Program-made: the position numbers and the translations under genes
Notes under the pieces: model-generated
The model's database searches: none
Told to the model about the DNA's origin: nothing
The model's input: only the letters and a program-made list of their open reading frames with translations
Assembly: GCA_963664115.2 (NCBI GenBank)
Contig: CAXWPJ010000009.1
Coordinates: 416,001-480,000 of the forward strand
Length of the DNA: 64,000 nt
Reading direction: 5' to 3'
Source of the DNA: Terriglobia bacterium
GTDB lineage: Bacteria > Acidobacteriota > Terriglobia > 20CM-2-55-15
Part shown: positions 40,920 to 52,026 of the stretch, in pieces
How positions within the stretch are numbered: position 1 is the stretch's first letter
Layout of the letters: every line of letters starts with the position of its first letter

Positions 40920-41249
40920 ATGGCAACACAGCAGGCAATGGTCGGAGCACAGTTTCAACTATTTGGTACGTTCAAGAAACGTGGCAACTGGTACATTGCG
41001 CATTGTCCTCCGCTGGATATAACTACCCAAGGACGAACACGTGCCGAGGCTCGACGGAATCTAATTGAGGCAAGCGAATTGTTTTTAATAAGCTGCCTTG
41101 AAAGGGGAACGCTTGACCTCGCGATGCGTGAGTTGGGCTTTGTCCCGATGGGAAGACCCACTACACGCCGACTCCCACAGAACGCCTTTAAATTTCAAGC
41201 TCCGATCCCGCTCGTCTTCCAGCGCCGCACAGCGGAATGCCGCGTCTAA
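40920..41249 (+). CDS. hicB: HicB-family antitoxin
   Basis: WYIAHCPPLDITTQGRTRAEARRNLIEASELFL. Confidence 0.88.
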   Translation: MATQQAMVGAQFQLFGTFKKRGNWYIAHCPPLDITTQGRTRAEARRNLIEASELFLISCLERGTLDLAMRELGFVPMGRPTTRRLPQNAFKFQAPIPLVFQRRTAECRV

Positions 41250-41449
41250 CACCGCTTTCTTGGGAAAAACTAGTTTGTGTGTTTCAAAGCATCGGCTACC
41301 GCCGAGCCGGGCAAAAGGGAAGCCACATTAAGCTTGAAAAAGCCGGCGTCTCTCGGCCCCTTATCATCCCGCGATATTCCGATATTGGACCGGACATAAC
41401 CACCAACCTTATCCGGACCGCGAACATCAGTCGACTTCATAACTGCTAA
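41237..41449 (+). CDS. hicA: HicA-family toxin (C-terminus possibly altered)
   Basis: GYRRAGQKGSHIKLEK..RPLIIP; 13-nt overlap with hicB. Confidence 0.88.
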   Translation: MPRLTPLSWEKLVCVFQSIGYRRAGQKGSHIKLEKAGVSRPLIIPRYSDIGPDITTNLIRTANISRLHNC

Positions 41450-41456
41450 TTTCCAC

Positions 41457-41486
41457 TTGTGTACATGTGTATCATATGATACATTG
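41457..41486 (+). promoter_or_regulatory. Promoter overlapped by a perfect palindromic operator
   Basis: TTGTGT-17 nt-TACATT overlapping the 16-bp palindrome TGTATCATATGATACA; ATG follows 6 nt after the -10 (leaderless-like). Confidence 0.6.
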
Positions 41487-41491
41487 CATAC

Positions 41492-41650
41492 ATGTCAACC
41501 AAGACCATCAATCTACGCGACATGCCGGAGGATCTAGTGAGGCAAGCCAAGGCCAACGCCGCCTTGCAGGGTCTAAGCCTAAAAGCTTTTATCATTGCCC
41601 TACTAGAAAAGGCTGTCCGACAGGGGAATAAACTGAAGAAAGCGAAATAG
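41492..41650 (+). CDS. 52-aa Arc/RHH-family DNA-binding protein
   Basis: Not in the track. MSTKTINLRDMPEDLVRQAKANAALQGLSLKAFIIALLEKAVRQGNKLKKAK*. Confidence 0.85.
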   Translation: MSTKTINLRDMPEDLVRQAKANAALQGLSLKAFIIALLEKAVRQGNKLKKAK

Positions 41651-41776
41651 AAACGAAACGGCCCTGCCCGGTGCTACTAACACCAAACAGGGCCTAACCA
41701 ACTCACGCGATAGAGCCGCATGAGCCAGCCATCAAACTCATTGTGAGCCTGTCCGCGTGGAAAGGCAAGGTTCACA

Positions 41777-42767
41777 ATGACCTGCATCCACTGCCAACAC
41801 GCCCGAATTAGAAAGTCCGGCACCTACGGAAAGAAACGCATCCAGCGTTACCGCTGCACCTTCTGCGATAAGACATTTTCCGAACCCCAGCCGAAACCCC
41901 TCGGTAAGCTCCGCATATCAGTCGAGAAGGCCGTCCAGATCGTCAATTGCCTTGTTGAAGGCTGTGGTATCCGCTCCACGGCGAGGCTGTGTGACGTAGA
42001 TTCAAAGACCGTCCTGGCAGTGCTTGAGGTAGCCGGGAAAAAGTGCCAACGATTGTTGGATCAGAAGCTGCGCAGCATTCATGCGCCACACATACAATGT
42101 GATGAAATTTGGACATTTGTTCAGAAGAAAGAAAAGCGCATCAAGCCTTGGGAAACTGGAACGGAAATCGGCAGTCAATTCATTTACGTCGCCTTTGATC
42201 GTGACTCGAAACTCGTCATCAACTACGAAATAGGAAAGCGTAGCCCCGCGACAACGCGCCTATTCGTAGCCGATCTGGAGCGCCGAGTCCTTGGACGTGT
42301 CCAAATCAGCACAGATGGATATGGAGCATATCGTCGCGCAATTGAGGACACGTTCGGGGCCAACGTCGATTACGCTCAACTAGTGAAGGTTTACCAGAAC
42401 GAACCCGCAAGGCGATTCTTCAGTGGAACACCATGGCGACCGAACCGGCCGCTATGCCCCTTCAAAGTTTGTACGGGCGATCCCGACTACCATATCTGGC
42501 AATCCCGAACGGAAACATATCTGTACATCCCACGTCGAACGAAACAATCTCACCATGCGGACGTTCATGCGACGACTGACAAGGCTATCGCTCGGCTTCT
42601 CAAAGAAGCTGGAGAATCTGAAACACGCGACAGCACTGTATTTCGCTTGGTACAATTTTGTCAGGATTCACAAAACATTGAGGGTGACACCGGCGATGGA
42701 AAGCGGAGTGACCAGTCGAGTTTGGAGGCGTTGCGGATTCAAGACCTCGTGGTGGCCTAAAAGATAA
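41777..42767 (+). pseudogene. IS1-family DDE transposase with two frameshifting insertions
   Basis: Zn ribbon (CIHC..QRYRCTFC), HTH (EGCGIRSTARL), QCDEIWTFV and STDG in frame 41777; HICTSHVERNNLTMR..YNFVRIHKTLRVTPAM lies in the +1 frame (42423-42767); C-terminal IQDLVVA returns to the first frame. Confidence 0.85.
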
Positions 42768-42815
42768 TGAACCGAAAACACACTGAAATCCCGCATTATC
42801 TAGTTCCCGGGCCCC

Positions 42816-42844
42816 TTGACAGCCCATAGTGGCAGTGCTAACCT
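42816..42844 (+). promoter_or_regulatory. Sigma70 promoter of the atp operon
   Basis: TTGACA-17 nt-TAACCT with extended -10 TG. Confidence 0.65.
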
Positions 42845-42893
42845 AACTCGTTTGTTGTCAAGGGCGTCTCAGGAACTTTTCACGCTTCCTCCC

Positions 42894-43017
42894 AGTCTAG
42901 AACGATGATTAATCCGGACCTTTTTACTCTTCTCGTAACGATCATCTATGTCGCTAGTCTAGAACGATGATTAATCCGGACCTTTTTACTCTTCTCGTAA
43001 CGATCATCTATGTCGCT
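42894..43017 (+). repeat. Perfect 62-bp tandem duplication spanning the start of atpF'
   Basis: agtctagaacgatgattaatcc...atctatgtcgct at 42894-42955 and 42956-43017. Confidence 0.95.
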
Positions 43018-43389
43018 ATCCTATATGTATTTCTTTCCAAGTTTTTCTTCGGGCCGGTGACTCGGATTCTGGCCGAGCGCCGCCAGGCGATTGAGGGAAG
43101 CCTCGAAGAGGCAGCGCGCCGGATTGGAGAAGTAGAAAACAAGACGACAGAATACGAGTCCGCAGTTCGGGAGGCGCGCGCCGACGCGTACAAGCACCAG
43201 GAAGCCATTCGAGAAGAAGCGCTCGAAGAGCGTGCCCGACTGCTCAACGATGCCCGGCGCGAGGCCGGCCAGATCGTCGCCGACGCGCGGACGCGCCTGG
43301 AAACGGAAACGGCCGAGGCGCGAAAAGAGCTCGAAGGCGAAATCGACGCGCTCGCGACGCGACTTTCCGGAACGCTTCTCGAGGATTGA
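42967..43389 (+). CDS. ATP synthase F0 subunit b'
   Basis: Single N-terminal TM, FFGPVTRILAERR, coiled coil; first gene of the operon. Confidence 0.9.
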   Translation: MINPDLFTLLVTIIYVAILYVFLSKFFFGPVTRILAERRQAIEGSLEEAARRIGEVENKTTEYESAVREARADAYKHQEAIREEALEERARLLNDARREAGQIVADARTRLETETAEARKELEGEIDALATRLSGTLLED

Positions 43390-43397
43390 TCATCAGA

Positions 43398-44027
43398 ATG
43401 AAAACCCGCTGGCTGTCCCTTTTCCTCCCATTTGCGATCATGCTGAGCTTGGGATTGATGCCTGCGGCTGTTTCGGCCTGGGCACAGGAAGAAGAAGGCG
43501 CACAGTCTGAAGAGTTCGGTGCTGAGGCGGGTGAAGAAGGCGAAGAGGGCGAAGAAGAGAGTGGCCTGCTCGCGGTGGCGCTGCGCTGGATCAATTTCGC
43601 CATTCTCTTTGGCGGCCTGGGCTACCTGTTGCGCCAACCTGCAGCGGAGTTTTTCGAGACACGTCGCCAGGCCATTCTCGGTGGTCTTGAGAAATCCCGA
43701 GCAGCGCAAAAAGACGCCGACGAACGCATCGCTGACGTCAACGGCCGTCTGGCTAAACTTTCGACCGAGATAGCCAGCATCGCATCGGACGCGGAAGAAT
43801 CGGCCCATAACGAGCGGGATAGGATCGTGGCCGACGCTAAGAAGGAAGTCGACCGGGCCTTGGAGCGTTCGCAATCTGAGGTCGAGCGACTGGCTGGCGG
43901 TATGGAATTGGAGATTCGGTCTCTCATTGCCGACCGTGTGGTGCAGAGTGCCGGAGAAAAGCTCCGCTCCCGACTGACCGAGCAGGACCATGGTCGCTTG
44001 GTTCGACGGGCGGTTGATGAGCTCTAG
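43398..44027 (+). CDS. atpF: ATP synthase F0 subunit b with signal-like and Glu-rich N-terminal extension
   Basis: RWINFAILFGGLGYLLRQP..FF..RR; coiled coil. Confidence 0.9.
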   Translation: MKTRWLSLFLPFAIMLSLGLMPAAVSAWAQEEEGAQSEEFGAEAGEEGEEGEEESGLLAVALRWINFAILFGGLGYLLRQPAAEFFETRRQAILGGLEKSRAAQKDADERIADVNGRLAKLSTEIASIASDAEESAHNERDRIVADAKKEVDRALERSQSEVERLAGGMELEIRSLIADRVVQSAGEKLRSRLTEQDHGRLVRRAVDEL

Positions 44028-44036
44028 TTATTTACT

Positions 44037-44579
44037 ATGACTGTAGTAGCAAGTCGATATGCGCGCGCGCTGATCGAGGCCCTTAGCGGAGAAAACACGG
44101 CAGGCCCGGATGCTGGCTTAGAGCAGTTGGGTCAGATCAAGCTGCTTCTGGGGAACGAGCCGGACGCACGCAAGTTATTGATAAATCCGGTGATACCGCC
44201 CGATCGGCGCGACAGCTTCGTGGACGAAATCAGCCGGTTGCTGGGACTGGATGCCCGGGTGGCGAAGTTGCTGCGCCTGATTGTGGAGCGGCGGCGGCTC
44301 GAGATCCTGGACGACCTCATCGACGCTTACAGAAAGATGCTCGACGAAAAAAACGGCATTGTCCGGGCGGTGGTCCGCTCGGCCGGTCCGTTATCGGAGG
44401 CACAGCAACAGGAAGTCGCCGAGAAGTTGGAGAAGTCGCTCGGCCAGCGGGTTGTTATGGCAGTCGAAGAAGATCCTTCCTTGATCGCCGGCCTGATCGT
44501 TCGGGTCGGAAGTACGGTCTACGATGGATCACTGCTCCAGCAGTTGACAGGTTTCAAGGAACGTTTGATGGCGGGTTGA
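44037..44579 (+). CDS. atpH: ATP synthase delta
   Basis: VASRYARAL, DPSLIAGLIVRVGSTVYDGS. Confidence 0.95.
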   Translation: MTVVASRYARALIEALSGENTAGPDAGLEQLGQIKLLLGNEPDARKLLINPVIPPDRRDSFVDEISRLLGLDARVAKLLRLIVERRRLEILDDLIDAYRKMLDEKNGIVRAVVRSAGPLSEAQQQEVAEKLEKSLGQRVVMAVEEDPSLIAGLIVRVGSTVYDGSLLQQLTGFKERLMAG

Positions 44580-44647
44580 AATCAGGATGCCCGTTCTTAA
44601 TTCTTTAATGTTTGAACATAATTTGAGCGTTTGAGTCAGGGAGCCGC

Positions 44648-46171
44648 ATGGAGATCAAGGCAGAAGAAATCAGCAAGATTATTCGAGAACAGATCGACGA
44701 ATTCCGTCCGGGGCTCGAGGTCAATGAAGTCGGCAGCGTGATCTCTGTCGGTGACGGCATCGCGCGCGTCTATGGTCTGGAGAAAGCGATGGCGGGAGAG
44801 CTGCTCGAATTTCCTCATGGCGTCATGGGCCTCGCCCTCAACCTCGAGGAGTCTCAGGTTGGTGTCGTCCTGCTCGGTGAGTACACCCAGATTCGTGAAG
44901 GTGACCAGGTCCGTCGGACCGGTCGCATCATGGAAGTTCCCGTAGGCGAGTCCTTGACTGGTCGCGTAGTCAACGCTCTCGCGCAGCCGATCGACGGTAA
45001 AGGCGCCATTGAATCCGACAAGACGCTACCGATTGAACGGCTCGCTCCCGGTGTGATCGATCGACAGCCTGTGGCTGAGCCCTTGCAAACGGGTCTCAAG
45101 CCGATCGACGCGATGATTCCCATCGGTCGCGGCCAGCGCGAGTTGATCATTGGCGACCGGCAGACCGGCAAGACCGGCGTCGCGATCGACACGATCATCA
45201 ACCAGAAAGGGCACGACGTGATCTGTATCTATGTCGCGATCGGGCAGAAGCGATCGACGGTCGCGCAGGTAATCAAGACGCTCGACGAAGCCGGCGCGAT
45301 GGATTATTCAATCGTCGTATGTGCCTCGGCCAGCGATCCTGCACCCATGCAGTTTCTGGCACCGTATGCCGGTTGCGCCCTTGGCGAATATTTCCGCGAT
45401 TCAGGACGCCACATCCTGTGCGTCTACGACGACCTCTCCAAACACGCCGCCGCATACAGAGAGATTTCGCTCCTCCTCAGGCGCCCTCCAGGCCGTGAGG
45501 CATATCCGGGTGACGTGTTCTATCTCCATTCGAGACTCCTCGAACGCGCATGCAAGCTGAGCGACGAAAACGGCGGCGGATCTCTAACGGCGCTGCCCAT
45601 TATCGAAACTCAGGCGGGAGACGTTGCAGCCTACATCCCAACCAATGTCATTTCGATCACCGACGGACAGATCTATTTGGAATCGGATCTCTTCCACTCC
45701 GGGGTTCGTCCGGCCGTGAACGTGGGTCTTTCAGTTTCACGCGTGGGTGGCAGCGCGCAGATCAAGGCGATGCGGCAGGTGGCCGGCACGCTGCGCCTCG
45801 ATCTGGCTCAGTTCAGGGATTTGGCCGCCTTTGCGCAGTTCGGATCGGATCTCGACAAAGCCACCCAGGCTCAATTGGCGCGCGGTGAACGCTTGACCGA
45901 GATCCTCAAGCAGGGCCAGTACGCACCTCAGCCGGTGGCCAAGCAGATTGCGATCATCTATGCGGGAACGAAAGGTTTCCTCGACGACATGGAAGTCGCC
46001 GATCTGGGAAACTTCGAAAAGGAACTGCATCGCTTCCTCGACACGAGTAAGCCAGAGCTTCTCAAGAACATCGCCGAAAAGAAGATTCTCGATGACGCAC
46101 TAACTGCGGAGTTGGAAGGCGCAATCAACGAGGTCAAGCAAAAGTTTAAGCAGGAACGCGAGGCCCGGTAG
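44648..46171 (+). CDS. atpA: ATP synthase alpha
   Basis: [29 protein letters not shown]. Confidence 0.99.
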   Translation: MEIKAEEISKIIREQIDEFRPGLEVNEVGSVISVGDGIARVYGLEKAMAGELLEFPHGVMGLALNLEESQVGVVLLGEYTQIREGDQVRRTGRIMEVPVGESLTGRVVNALAQPIDGKGAIESDKTLPIERLAPGVIDRQPVAEPLQTGLKPIDAMIPIGRGQRELIIGDRQTGKTGVAIDTIINQKGHDVICIYVAIGQKRSTVAQVIKTLDEAGAMDYSIVVCASASDPAPMQFLAPYAGCALGEYFRDSGRHILCVYDDLSKHAAAYREISLLLRRPPGREAYPGDVFYLHSRLLERACKLSDENGGGSLTALPIIETQAGDVAAYIPTNVISITDGQIYLESDLFHSGVRPAVNVGLSVSRVGGSAQIKAMRQVAGTLRLDLAQFRDLAAFAQFGSDLDKATQAQLARGERLTEILKQGQYAPQPVAKQIAIIYAGTKGFLDDMEVADLGNFEKELHRFLDTSKPELLKNIAEKKILDDALTAELEGAINEVKQKFKQEREAR

Positions 46172-46184
46172 GGACGAAGACTGA

Positions 46185-47039
46185 ATGGCGAACCTTCTCG
46201 ACATCCGGCGTCGGATCCGCTCGGTCAAGAACACCCAGCAGATTACCCGCGCTATGAAGAGCGTTTCAGCGGTGAAGCTTCGCCGCGCGCAGGAGCGGGT
46301 TCTTGCCGCACGTCCCTACGCCATTGAGTTGAAAGCCATTCTTTCTGACCTCTCAGCGAGGGTGGAAAACCTGAGCCATCCCTTGTTGGAAATCCGACCC
46401 GAAAAAAAGATTCTTCTCGTTGTGGTCACATCCGATCGTGGCTTGTGCGGTGCCTTCAACACGAATATTTCCCGTGCGGCCGAGGATTTCATGAAGTCTC
46501 GTCCGGAGCGGGAGCTTGCGTTGATGACCGTCGGACGGAAAGGGCGCGACTACTTCAAGCGACGGGGCGCCTCGATTCTGGAAGAGCACATCGGTATTTT
46601 TTCGCAGCTCGACTTCAAACACGCACGCACGATCGGGGAACGCATCGTCGAACTCTACAGCACCGCCGCAATCGACAGCGTGTATCTGGCGTACAACGAG
46701 TTCAAATCCGTCATCCAGCAGAGACTGGTCGTCGAACCACTATTGCCGCTGAGCCCAAGCGACTTTGAAGGGGAACAGGCAGACGGCGGCGACTATATTT
46801 ACGAACAGCCGCCACAAGCGATATTTGAGCGCCTGCTCCCGCAGTTCGTCGACACCCAGGTGCATCGCGCCTTGCTCGAGTCGGAAGCTTCAGAACACGG
46901 TTCCCGCATGGCTGCGATGGATTCGGCGACCCGCAATGCAGGAGAGATGATCGAGGCTCTGACGCTCAATATGAATCGCATTCGGCAGGCGGCGATCACG
47001 CGTGAAATTATTGAGGTCGTCAGCGGAGCGAGCGCGTAA
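46185..47039 (+). CDS. atpG: ATP synthase gamma
   Basis: SDRGLCGAFN, RQAAITREIIEVVSGA. Confidence 0.98.
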   Translation: MANLLDIRRRIRSVKNTQQITRAMKSVSAVKLRRAQERVLAARPYAIELKAILSDLSARVENLSHPLLEIRPEKKILLVVVTSDRGLCGAFNTNISRAAEDFMKSRPERELALMTVGRKGRDYFKRRGASILEEHIGIFSQLDFKHARTIGERIVELYSTAAIDSVYLAYNEFKSVIQQRLVVEPLLPLSPSDFEGEQADGGDYIYEQPPQAIFERLLPQFVDTQVHRALLESEASEHGSRMAAMDSATRNAGEMIEALTLNMNRIRQAAITREIIEVVSGASA

Positions 47040-47072
47040 CCGGATGGAAAGCATCGCTGGCTTAGAGACTAA

Positions 47073-48518
<1,446 letters not shown>

Positions 48519-48525
48519 CGACTCT

Positions 48526-48933
48526 ATGGCGGACGGACTCAATCTGACGGTTGTGACGCCGGAACGGGCTCTCATTCAGGAAGAAGTGGACCAGGTCCAG
48601 GTCCCCGGCCTGGGCGGATACCTGGGGCTGTTGCCCGGCCACGCGCCCTTGTTTTCTGAGCTCGCCAGCGGCGAACTGTCTTACACGCGAGAGGGTGCAA
48701 AGCATTCGCTCGCGCTCGCCAGAGGCTTTGTGGAGATCTCGAGCGACCATGTCCGGGTGCTGGCCGACGTCGCCGAACCAGAAGCCGACATCGACGTGGA
48801 GCGAGCCAACGAAGCGCGGCAGCGCGCTCAAGAGAGAATCACCGAAGGCGGCGATGATATCGACTATCTCCGGGCCCAGGCCGCGCTCGAGCGCGCAGTT
48901 GTGCGTATAGCAGTTGCTCGGCAAAAGAAATAG
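48526..48933 (+). CDS. atpC: ATP synthase epsilon
   Basis: VVTPER, GLLPGHAP, DIDVERA. Confidence 0.96.
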   Translation: MADGLNLTVVTPERALIQEEVDQVQVPGLGGYLGLLPGHAPLFSELASGELSYTREGAKHSLALARGFVEISSDHVRVLADVAEPEADIDVERANEARQRAQERITEGGDDIDYLRAQAALERAVVRIAVARQKK

Positions 48934-49255
48934 GTTGGGTAGTTAAATTGCCCGCTGAATAGATCCTTCCTCAAAACACAACCCGCAAGCGGTTCTTGTC
49001 AACTTTACTCTCGAAGTCCGAATCCACGCCCGTTGGTGCATTCACAGGATCGGCCGCGACGCCCGGGCCAAATAGCTGAAAGAAAAGGTAATGTCCTCCC
49101 GTTCAAATCCCGATCTAGACAAACGAGGGGTGAACGGTCACAGATCAAAACTTGCGACGGAAGCTCAGGTGTGTGTGTCTCAGTATTCCGAGAAACCCTT
49201 GGAAAAGAAGCATTTGTGAATTTCCAATGTCGAAAGATGTGAAGGACGCGAGTCA

Positions 49256-51163
49256 ATGAATCAGAACGCAATAATCGACGACCCTGCCAAATCGACGGAA
49301 GTCCAGAGCCAGGACAGTCCCGATGTCATCGGCCAATTGCTGGTTGATACGGACCTCATTACGGGAGAGCAACTCCGCTACGCTCGGCGGGTTCAGGACC
49401 GAATGCCCGGCGCAGCCAATCTGATGGGGGTTCTGGAAGAATTGCATCTGACGACTGCCGACATGGTGCGTGGTGCGCTAAAAAACCAGAGGATTCATGC
49501 GCCGATCGGTCTGCTGCTGTTCGAACTCGGCTACGTCGAGAACTCGCACCTCAAAATGGCTCTGACCGTCCAGAAGGGACGGCCCGACGATTCGATTGGC
49601 GCTATTCTGGTCGAAAACCGGGCTGTTTCCGAAGAGCAGTTCGTCGATGTTCTCGCGCTTCAACTGGGCCTGGAGCGCCTGTACCCTCTCGCCTCTGCCA
49701 TCGATCGCCGGCTCATACGAAAGGCGGCGCAGTGGTTTAGATCCCGCGACATGATTCCCATTGAACGCCGCGATCGGACCGTCGTCATTGCTCTCGAGAA
49801 TCCGCTCAATCCTGAGCACGTTCGTGCAGCACAGCGAGAGTTTGGGAAAGAGCTGATCCTGGGAATTGCCAGCAGGAGTGAAATACATCAGGCTCTCAGT
49901 TGCTTCGACACTAAGCAGGCCGACGCCCCGGTCGAGTTCGGGGCGAACGTTGTTGTCGATACCGTCTCACAAATCATTCGCGATGCCGCAAAGGCCAGGG
50001 CATCAGACATCCACATCGAGCCACAGAAAGACGGGCTGCGTGTTCGCTTCCGGCTTGATGGTGTCCTCACCGACTATGAGCGCTATCCCATTGCCATGGG
50101 TCGCCCTATGCTCAGCCGCATCAAGGTTCTTGCCCAGGTGGATATCGCTCAGAAACGGCGGCACCAGGACGGACGTTTGTTGTTCGAGGAAGACGGGATA
50201 ACGCACGATCTTCGGCTCTCCACCTACATTTCCGTCCACGGGGAAACGGCGGTGCTGCGTCTTCTCAATACACGTAGCGAGTTGCTCGACATCAAGCGGC
50301 TGGGAATGGGGCCCCTGATGGAACAGAAGTTTGTTGACTGCGCGCTGGATGCTCCCAGTGGAATCGTGATCATTACCGGGCCGACGGGGTCCGGAAAGAC
50401 GACGACCCTGTACTCGTCGGTCAACTACCTGAACAACCCGCATTCCAGCATCATCACGGCCGAGGATCCGGTCGAGTATATGGTTCACGGAATCACCCAG
50501 TGCTCGATCAATCCCAAGATCGGAATAACATTTGAAGAGACACTGAAACACATCGTCCGGCAAGACCCCGACATCATCGTCATCGGAGAGATGCGAGACA
50601 CGTTTTCGGCGGACACCGCCATCCAGGCGGCCCTGACCGGACACAAGGTGCTCACAACGTTCCATACCGAGGACAGCATTGGCGGGCTCATTCGCCTGCT
50701 CAACATGGACATCGAGGCGTTTCTGATTTCATCGACGGTCGTCTCGATCCTGGCTCAGCGACTGGTTCGCAGGGTCTGCCCGAACTGCGCCGTGGACGCA
50801 GCTCTGGCGCCGCATCAAATGGCCCGCCTGGGATACGACGCCAAAGATCTTGACGGCTCAGTCTTCAAGGAAGGTCGTGGGTGTGGCGAATGTCACTTTA
50901 CGGGATACAACGGGCGGATACCCATTTTCGAACTACTTGTCTTGAACGAATTGGTGAAGGATGCCGTGCTCATGCAAAAAAGTTCGTACGAGATCCGCCA
51001 GCTGAGCGTGGAGACCTCGGGAATGGTCACGCTGCTGGAAGATGCCGTGCACAAAGCCGTTCAGGGCTTGACCACCTTTGATGAAATTATTCGACAGATA
51101 CCCAGGATCGGATCACCCCGTCCGGTCAGTGAAATCAGAAGACTACTTGGAGAGGCGTCTTGA
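49256..51163 (+). CDS. GspE/PilB/MshE-family secretion ATPase with MshEN-like N-terminal repeats
   Basis: ASDIHIEP, RFRLDG, GPTGSGKTT, EDPVEY, RQDPDIIVIGE, TGH, CPNC/CGEC. Confidence 0.92.
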   Translation: MNQNAIIDDPAKSTEVQSQDSPDVIGQLLVDTDLITGEQLRYARRVQDRMPGAANLMGVLEELHLTTADMVRGALKNQRIHAPIGLLLFELGYVENSHLKMALTVQKGRPDDSIGAILVENRAVSEEQFVDVLALQLGLERLYPLASAIDRRLIRKAAQWFRSRDMIPIERRDRTVVIALENPLNPEHVRAAQREFGKELILGIASRSEIHQALSCFDTKQADAPVEFGANVVVDTVSQIIRDAAKARASDIHIEPQKDGLRVRFRLDGVLTDYERYPIAMGRPMLSRIKVLAQVDIAQKRRHQDGRLLFEEDGITHDLRLSTYISVHGETAVLRLLNTRSELLDIKRLGMGPLMEQKFVDCALDAPSGIVIITGPTGSGKTTTLYSSVNYLNNPHSSIITAEDPVEYMVHGITQCSINPKIGITFEETLKHIVRQDPDIIVIGEMRDTFSADTAIQAALTGHKVLTTFHTEDSIGGLIRLLNMDIEAFLISSTVVSILAQRLVRRVCPNCAVDAALAPHQMARLGYDAKDLDGSVFKEGRGCGECHFTGYNGRIPIFELLVLNELVKDAVLMQKSSYEIRQLSVETSGMVTLLEDAVHKAVQGLTTFDEIIRQIPRIGSPRPVSEIRRLLGEAS

Positions 51164-52026
51164 CTATGAATGTGGAACACAGCGGTGAATCCCTGCTCGA
51201 CAGAATCACCGAACAGATCGATTCGGGCAATCTGGATCTACCCGTCTTCAGCCAGGCTGCCATGGAGTTGCAATCCGCTGCCGACGACGTGCACGTCGAT
51301 GCGGCCGAGATCGAAGGGATGATCCGTGGCGACCAGGTTCTGGTTGCTGAGGTCTTGCGGGCGGCGAATTCCTCGTTCTTTGGGGGCCTTTCCGTCGTCC
51401 AGACCGTACAGAGCGCGATCGTCCGGCTTGGACTGTCTCAAGTGGCGCACCTTGCCCTGGCGACATCCCACCGGTCGGTTTTTAATGCGGAAGACGCCGA
51501 TTTGCGTCGCATGATGCAGCAGCTGTGGACGCATGCGAACGCTACAGCTGTGGCGGGAGGATGGCTCGCCGGAAAGCTGGGTTACGGGAAGCAGCTGGAA
51601 CAGGAGGTATTTCTGGGCGGCTTGCTGCATGACGTGGGGAAGCTTGTGATCCTGCGCGCAATTGACGAAATCATGAAATCGGACACTCCGGGTGGGTGTC
51701 TGTCTCCCGAGCTGCTGGATGAAGTTATGGTGAGCGCACACCCGCGCCTCGGTTACGAATTTCTCATGAAGTGGAACATTCCTGAGCTGTTCTGCGAAAT
51801 CGGGCGAGACCACGAACTGATGGATTTTGACGCCTCGAAGATCCCTCTGGTCCTCGTGCGTCTTGCCAACCAGGCCACATCGAAGCTCGGGCTGAGCCTG
51901 AAATCCGACCCGGATCTGGTCATCAGTGCGCTGCCCGAGGCGCAGTGTGTGAACTCCACGCACCTCCTGATCGCCGAGTTGGAAATCATGATGGAAGACA
52001 CGCTGTCGGGCTCGATCGCCGCATAA
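51160..52026 (+). CDS. HDOD domain protein
   Basis: LPVFS, DQVLVAEVLRAANSSFF, AIVRLG, GLLHDVGKL; 4-nt overlap with the ATPase. Confidence 0.92.
   Translation: MTMNVEHSGESLLDRITEQIDSGNLDLPVFSQAAMELQSAADDVHVDAAEIEGMIRGDQVLVAEVLRAANSSFFGGLSVVQTVQSAIVRLGLSQVAHLALATSHRSVFNAEDADLRRMMQQLWTHANATAVAGGWLAGKLGYGKQLEQEVFLGGLLHDVGKLVILRAIDEIMKSDTPGGCLSPELLDEVMVSAHPRLGYEFLMKWNIPELFCEIGRDHELMDFDASKIPLVLVRLANQATSKLGLSLKSDPDLVISALPEAQCVNSTHLLIAELEIMMEDTLSGSIAA

Larger units (their letters stand above)
38330..42810. mobile_element. Accessory island between selD and the atp operon (boundaries approximate)
   Basis: Visibly more AT-rich intergenic DNA; contains tRNA-like genes, two transposases, hicBA and two RHH genes; no integrase or att repeats found. 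Confidence 0.7.

Noticed and set aside
41436-42772. Terminal inverted repeats for the IS1-family element (TTCAT.../...ATGAA)
   Set aside because: Only ~5 bp match and no target duplication is visible, so the element ends remain undefined.
48934-49255. c-di-GMP riboswitch upstream of the MshEN-type ATPase
   Set aside because: No GEMM-like conserved sequence or structure was recognisable by eye. An Rfam scan would settle it.
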